Origin: an uncultured Lentimicrobiaceae bacterium
GTDB taxonomy: Bacteria > Bacteroidota > Bacteroidia > Bacteroidales > WCHB1-69
Assembly: GCA_964632815.1 (NCBI GenBank)
Contig: CAZWCI010000001.1
Coordinates: 5,658 to 54,448, forward strand
Reading direction: 5' to 3'
DNA: 48,791 bases
A program made the position numbers and the translations under genes. Positions 45,707-48,791 of this stretch are shown piece after piece; the first letter of the stretch is position 1, and the number at the start of each line of letters is the position of its first letter. Under the pieces are notes generated by a model. It did no database searches. It was given only the letters and a program-made list of their open reading frames with translations, and was not told the DNA's origin.

Positions 45707-47158
45707 ATGGCAAGTGAAAATATAAATGATATTATTGGAGATGTCACTTCCAATGAATATAAATACGGATTTGTTTCCGATATAGAAGTGGAGGAATTTC
45801 CTAAAGGAATAAATGAGGATATTGTTCGTAAAATTTCTCAAAGAAAAAATGAACCGGAATGGTTGCTTGAATTTCGCCTGAATGCTTATCATCGTTGGGT
45901 GCAAATGACGGAACCTACTTGGGCGCATCTTTCTTATAAGAAACCCGATTATCAGGATATTATCTATTTGGCAATTCCTAAAAAGAAAAAACAATTGAAT
46001 AGTATGGATGAGGTGGATCCCGAGTTGGTGGATACGTTCAATAAGCTTGGAATTTCCTTGGAAGAGCAAAAACATCTCTCCGGTGTAGCCGTTGATGCCG
46101 TTATTGATTCGGTTTCGGTAAAAACTACATTTTCCGAAAGTCTTGAACGATTAGGAATTATTTTCTGTTCTATCAGTGAGGCAGTGGCCAAACATCCCGA
46201 ATTGGTAAAGCAATATTTGGGTAGTGTGGTTCCTTCGGGAGATAATTATTTTGCAGCCCTCAATTCTGCTGTGTTTAGCGAAGGTTCTTTCTGCTATATT
46301 CCTAAAGGGGTGCGTTGTCCCATTGAGTTATCAACCTATTTTCGTATTAATGCCGCTAATTCAGGTCAGTTTGAACGAACCCTGATTGTTGCCGAAGAGG
46401 AAGCGTATGTGAGTTATATGGAAGGTTGTACGGCACCAAAACGTGATGAAAATCAATTACATGCTGCTATTGTTGAAATTGTGGTGATGAAAGATGCCGA
46501 AGTGAAATATTCTACCGTCCAGAACTGGTTCCCGGGTGATAAAAACGGAAATGGCGGAATCTATAATTTTGTTACCAAACGAGCAATCTGTAAAGGAGAA
46601 AATGCTAAAATCTCATGGACACAAGTGGAAACTGGTTCCGCAGTGACTTGGAAATATCCGAGTTGTGTCCTCCAAGGGGATAATTCTGTGGGCGAATTTT
46701 ATTCTGTAGCTGTTACCAATCATTACCAACAAGCAGATACCGGTACGAAGATGATTCATTTAGGTAAAAACACCAAAAGTACAATTGTTTCTAAAGGAAT
46801 CTCCGCAGGGAAAAGTCAAAATAGCTACCGGGGTTTGGTAAGAGTAGCCAAACAAGCTCAAAATGCCCGCAACTTCTCACAATGTGACTCTCTTTTAATG
46901 GGTGACCAATGCGGAGCACATACCTGGCCCTATATTGAGTGTCATAATAAATCTTCTGTGCTTGAACATGAAGCCACTACTTCTAAAATTTCAGATGAAC
47001 AACTTTTTTATTGCCAACAGCGAGGCATTAATAAAGAGAGTGCCATCAGTTTGATTGTAAACGGGTATGCGAAAGAAGTACTTAATAAATTACCGATGGA
47101 ATTTGCCGTCGAAGCACAAAAATTATTGAGTGTGAGCTTGGAAGGGAGTGTGGGATAA
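45707..47158 (+). CDS. sufB: Fe-S cluster assembly scaffold protein SufB
   Basis: 483 aa. Recognisable segments are [49 protein letters not shown] and GAHTWPYIE...[21 protein letters not shown]. Confidence 0.92.
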   Translation: MASENINDIIGDVTSNEYKYGFVSDIEVEEFPKGINEDIVRKISQRKNEPEWLLEFRLNAYHRWVQMTEPTWAHLSYKKPDYQDIIYLAIPKKKKQLNSMDEVDPELVDTFNKLGISLEEQKHLSGVAVDAVIDSVSVKTTFSESLERLGIIFCSISEAVAKHPELVKQYLGSVVPSGDNYFAALNSAVFSEGSFCYIPKGVRCPIELSTYFRINAANSGQFERTLIVAEEEAYVSYMEGCTAPKRDENQLHAAIVEIVVMKDAEVKYSTVQNWFPGDKNGNGGIYNFVTKRAICKGENAKISWTQVETGSAVTWKYPSCVLQGDNSVGEFYSVAVTNHYQQADTGTKMIHLGKNTKSTIVSKGISAGKSQNSYRGLVRVAKQAQNARNFSQCDSLLMGDQCGAHTWPYIECHNKSSVLEHEATTSKISDEQLFYCQQRGINKESAISLIVNGYAKEVLNKLPMEFAVEAQKLLSVSLEGSVG

Positions 47159-47964
47159 TGATGAATAACCCGCAAAAAATCCTTCATGTTGCACTTGTTC
47201 AATCGGACATTATTCCCGATAGGGTAGAGGATAATCTGGCGAATTATAAAAAGCAATTGCAAAATCTTACAGGGGGAGTCAACCTGATTATTTTCCCCGA
47301 ACTCTTTAATTGTGGAATTTCTCCAAAATTCGCAGAATGTGCAGAACAAATGGACGGAATTTCAATCCGTTTCTTACAGGAAGTTGCTTCAAAATTCAAT
47401 GCTGATGTTGTGGCAAGTCTGCCTGTTCAAGAAGATAAAGCAGTGGTAAATCGGTTGGTCTGGGTTACTCCGGAAGGTGTCAAAGGACATTATGATAAAA
47501 GACATCTTTTTTTCGGGGATGAACAACAAGTTTGCGATCCCGGACAACAACGACTTGTCATTGAACGTTTTGGTTGGAAAATATTACCTTTGATTTGTTT
47601 CGATATCCGTTTCCCTGTCTGGTGTAGAAATGCCTGTGTCAATAAACAATTTGATTATGATATACTCTTGCTGATTGCAAATTTTCCGGAGCAAAGAATT
47701 GAAGTATTACGAACATTGGCTAAAGCGCGCGCCATTGAAAATCAAGCCTATGTGCTTGTGGTTAATCGCTTTGGAAAAGATGGGAATGAGAATCCGCATA
47801 ATGGAAATAGTATGGTAATTAGTCCTTTGGGAAAAGTTATGGCGCAAGCACCCATCAATGAATTTGCCATTCTTAAAGCAGAGTTGGATATGACTTTTCT
47901 TCATAGAATTAGAAATAAATTTCCCGTTGCAGAGCAGTGGGATTCGTTTTCAGTCCTGAAATAA
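47158..47964 (+). CDS. Carbon-nitrogen hydrolase (nitrilase-superfamily amidohydrolase, YafV/omega-amidase-like)
   Basis: 268 aa. The catalytic-triad context is IFPELF (Glu), YDKRHLF (Lys) and LPLICFDIRFP (Cys). The start ATG overlaps the sufB stop codon (TAATG). Confidence 0.8.
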   Translation: MMNNPQKILHVALVQSDIIPDRVEDNLANYKKQLQNLTGGVNLIIFPELFNCGISPKFAECAEQMDGISIRFLQEVASKFNADVVASLPVQEDKAVVNRLVWVTPEGVKGHYDKRHLFFGDEQQVCDPGQQRLVIERFGWKILPLICFDIRFPVWCRNACVNKQFDYDILLLIANFPEQRIEVLRTLAKARAIENQAYVLVVNRFGKDGNENPHNGNSMVISPLGKVMAQAPINEFAILKAELDMTFLHRIRNKFPVAEQWDSFSVLK

Positions 47965-48000
47965 ATTTTAATAAAAGGGTTGTAGAATTAAAAAAAATTG

Positions 48001-48008
48001 TATTTTTG
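48001..48008 (+). promoter_or_regulatory. -7 promoter box (TAnnTTTG) for tRNA-His
   Basis: TATTTTTG ends 14 nt upstream of the tRNA 5' end. Confidence 0.55.
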
Positions 48009-48021
48009 CACCCTCAAAGAT

Positions 48022-48096
48022 GGCGATCATAGCTCAGCAGGTTAGAGTGCCGGATTGTGGTTCCGAAGGTCGTGGGTTCGAATCCCACTGGTCGCC
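48022..48096 (+). tRNA. tRNA-His (anticodon GTG) with encoded G-1
   Basis: Hand fold: an extra 5' G pairs with discriminator C. The acceptor is GCGATCA/TGGTCGC. The anticodon loop TTGTGGT gives GTG. The T arm is GTGGG-TTCGAAT-CCCAC. CCA is not encoded. Confidence 0.88.
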
Positions 48097-48123
48097 CAAA
48101 ATGGTTAATATTAAATTATGTGG

Positions 48124-48166
48124 ATAGAACAATTTCCTTTATGATTATTGTTCTATTTTCTTTTTA
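48124..48166 (+). terminator. Rho-independent terminator after tRNA-His
   Basis: 10-bp inverted repeat ATAGAACAAT / ATTGTTCTAT with a 13-nt loop, followed by TTTCTTTTT. Confidence 0.6.
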
Positions 48167-48339
48167 TAGACTTATCCTTTTTTTATTTCCTTATTTGTTG
48201 CGATATGGTTTAGTATGGTTATAAATATTTTTATTTATTGTTGTCCGGTAAAAAATAAAAATAGAGAAAAATAAAACAAAAGTGCTTGATAATTAAGTAC
48301 ACGATTTTGTTTATAAAAAAGTAAGACCCCTAATAAAAA

Positions 48340-48791
48340 AGAGTTAGCTCCGCCACGAAGCACGTGCGCGGGCAGAATTCTTTTTGCCTTGATTTTTTGG
48401 TCTTTTTGTATCAAGACAAAAGGACGAAAAGAAAAATTATGCTTAAAAACTTATGGTTGCTAATTTCAATTAATTTCGAACGAAGTTTCTCTTGTACTTG
48501 TGACAAGCCAGTTGTGACCTCGCGACAAGCTTCATACGGGGCTTGTACGAAACTTTGTTCCGGAGTTATTAAACAAGCCATGAATAAAAAAATTAATTCG
48601 TGCATTCGTGGCAATAATAAATAATTCCATAGAAAATGAAAGCCACGAATACACGAATAAGAGTGGGAAATGCCATTTGACCTTCTTGCAATTTCTAACT
48701 TCTAGTTTTGTTGAATCGGAACAACCCCTTTGCCCTCCTGACCGCGTGAGGTGCTAAGGCGGAAAGCCCGTAAAGACGGGAGGCGATGTGG
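48340..48791. other. Non-coding region with GC-rich patches and nested long-range complementarity (candidate structured RNA or element boundary), truncated by window end
   Basis: No convincing ORF. GC-rich islands at about 48347-48376 and 48700-48791 sit within AT-rich DNA. Candidate helices are 48478-48489/48549-48560 (12 bp), 48503-48509/48540-48546 (7 bp), 48596-48612/48642-48658 (17 bp, 1 mismatch) and 48768-48781 (CCCGT-AAAG-ACGGG). Confidence 0.4.
48596..48658. repeat. Inverted repeat (17 bp arms, 1 mismatch, 29-nt AT-rich spacer)
   Basis: ATTCGTGCATTCGTGGC ... GCCACGAATACACGAAT. A third related copy, GCCACGAAGCACG, lies at 48352-48364. Confidence 0.8.

Noticed and set aside
45563-46075. 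170-aa minus-strand ORF overlapping the sufB promoter and 5' end
   Set aside because: It is antisense to a strongly conserved gene. The translation is an Ile/Phe/Asn-rich AT-bias artefact.
48366-48376. tmRNA-like string CGGGCAGAA
   Set aside because: There is no GGGG…UUCGAC 5' acceptor context, no tag reading frame and no tRNA-like 3' end in the window.
48352-48612. Invertible promoter (shufflon-like switch) flanked by the inverted GCCACGAA-GCACG copies about 230 bp apart
   Set aside because: The arms are short and imperfect (one indel). I found no exact TAnnTTTG box on either strand inside the segment. No site-specific recombinase gene is visible nearby.
48364-48624. 86-aa (+) and 67-aa (-) ORFs in the region after tRNA-His
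   Set aside because: They are mutually overlapping, have no promoter or family features, and span the palindromic/helical segments. The region is better explained as non-coding.
48364-48791. Calling the region a group II intron 5' end because of GTGCG at 48364
   Set aside because: GTGCG is part of an 8-bp palindrome and could be chance. The following roughly 300 nt are far more AT-rich than typical domain I. No domain V, EBS/IBS logic or RT ORF can be seen before the window ends. I keep this only as a hypothesis to test.
1-48791. CRISPR arrays, transposases/IS elements, prophage or known defence systems
   Set aside because: Reading both strands, I found no regularly spaced direct repeats, no transposase or phage-like ORFs, and no nuclease/helicase/methylase clusters. 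The only tandem repeats are coding repeats in 28605-28790.

Overview
AT-rich chromosomal segment (about one-third G+C by eye) that looks like Bacteroidota. The hallmarks are T9SS C-terminal sorting domains of both type A and type B, repeated TAnnTTTG -7 promoter boxes, a BatA aerotolerance gene, an OlsA/OlsB-type (glycine-lipid) acyltransferase pair, and a Rho with a long charged N-terminal extension. I call about 45 protein genes and two tRNAs (Ala-GGC, His-GTG). Most genes are housekeeping or envelope functions: xerD, kdsD, OstA-like, lptE-like, secG, rho, prs, thiL-like, proS, mtgA, nadB, sufB, transporters and outer-membrane barrels. I see no CRISPR array, no transposase, no phage genes and no recognisable defence system, and xerD is the only recombinase. 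By my reading this is mostly ordinary core genome. The parts I would look at again are: (1) an extremely low-complexity Tyr/Trp/Gly, then Thr/Pro/Asn, then Ser/Asn/Arg repeat lipoprotein co-directional with a FadL/PorV-like barrel (27050-30380); (2) two tandem paralogous T9SS type-B cargo proteins sharing a Cys-rich N-terminal domain, with no adjacent porP/sprF-like gene (2520-6345); (3) a co-directional trio of a secreted EEP-fold enzyme, an unknown 339-aa protein and a rifampicin-phosphotransferase-like PEP-utilising enzyme (38154-42984); (4) a non-coding stretch after tRNA-His with GC-rich patches and nested long-range complementarity, cut off by the window end (48340-48791). All functional calls come from motif recognition in the supplied translations. 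No database search was run.
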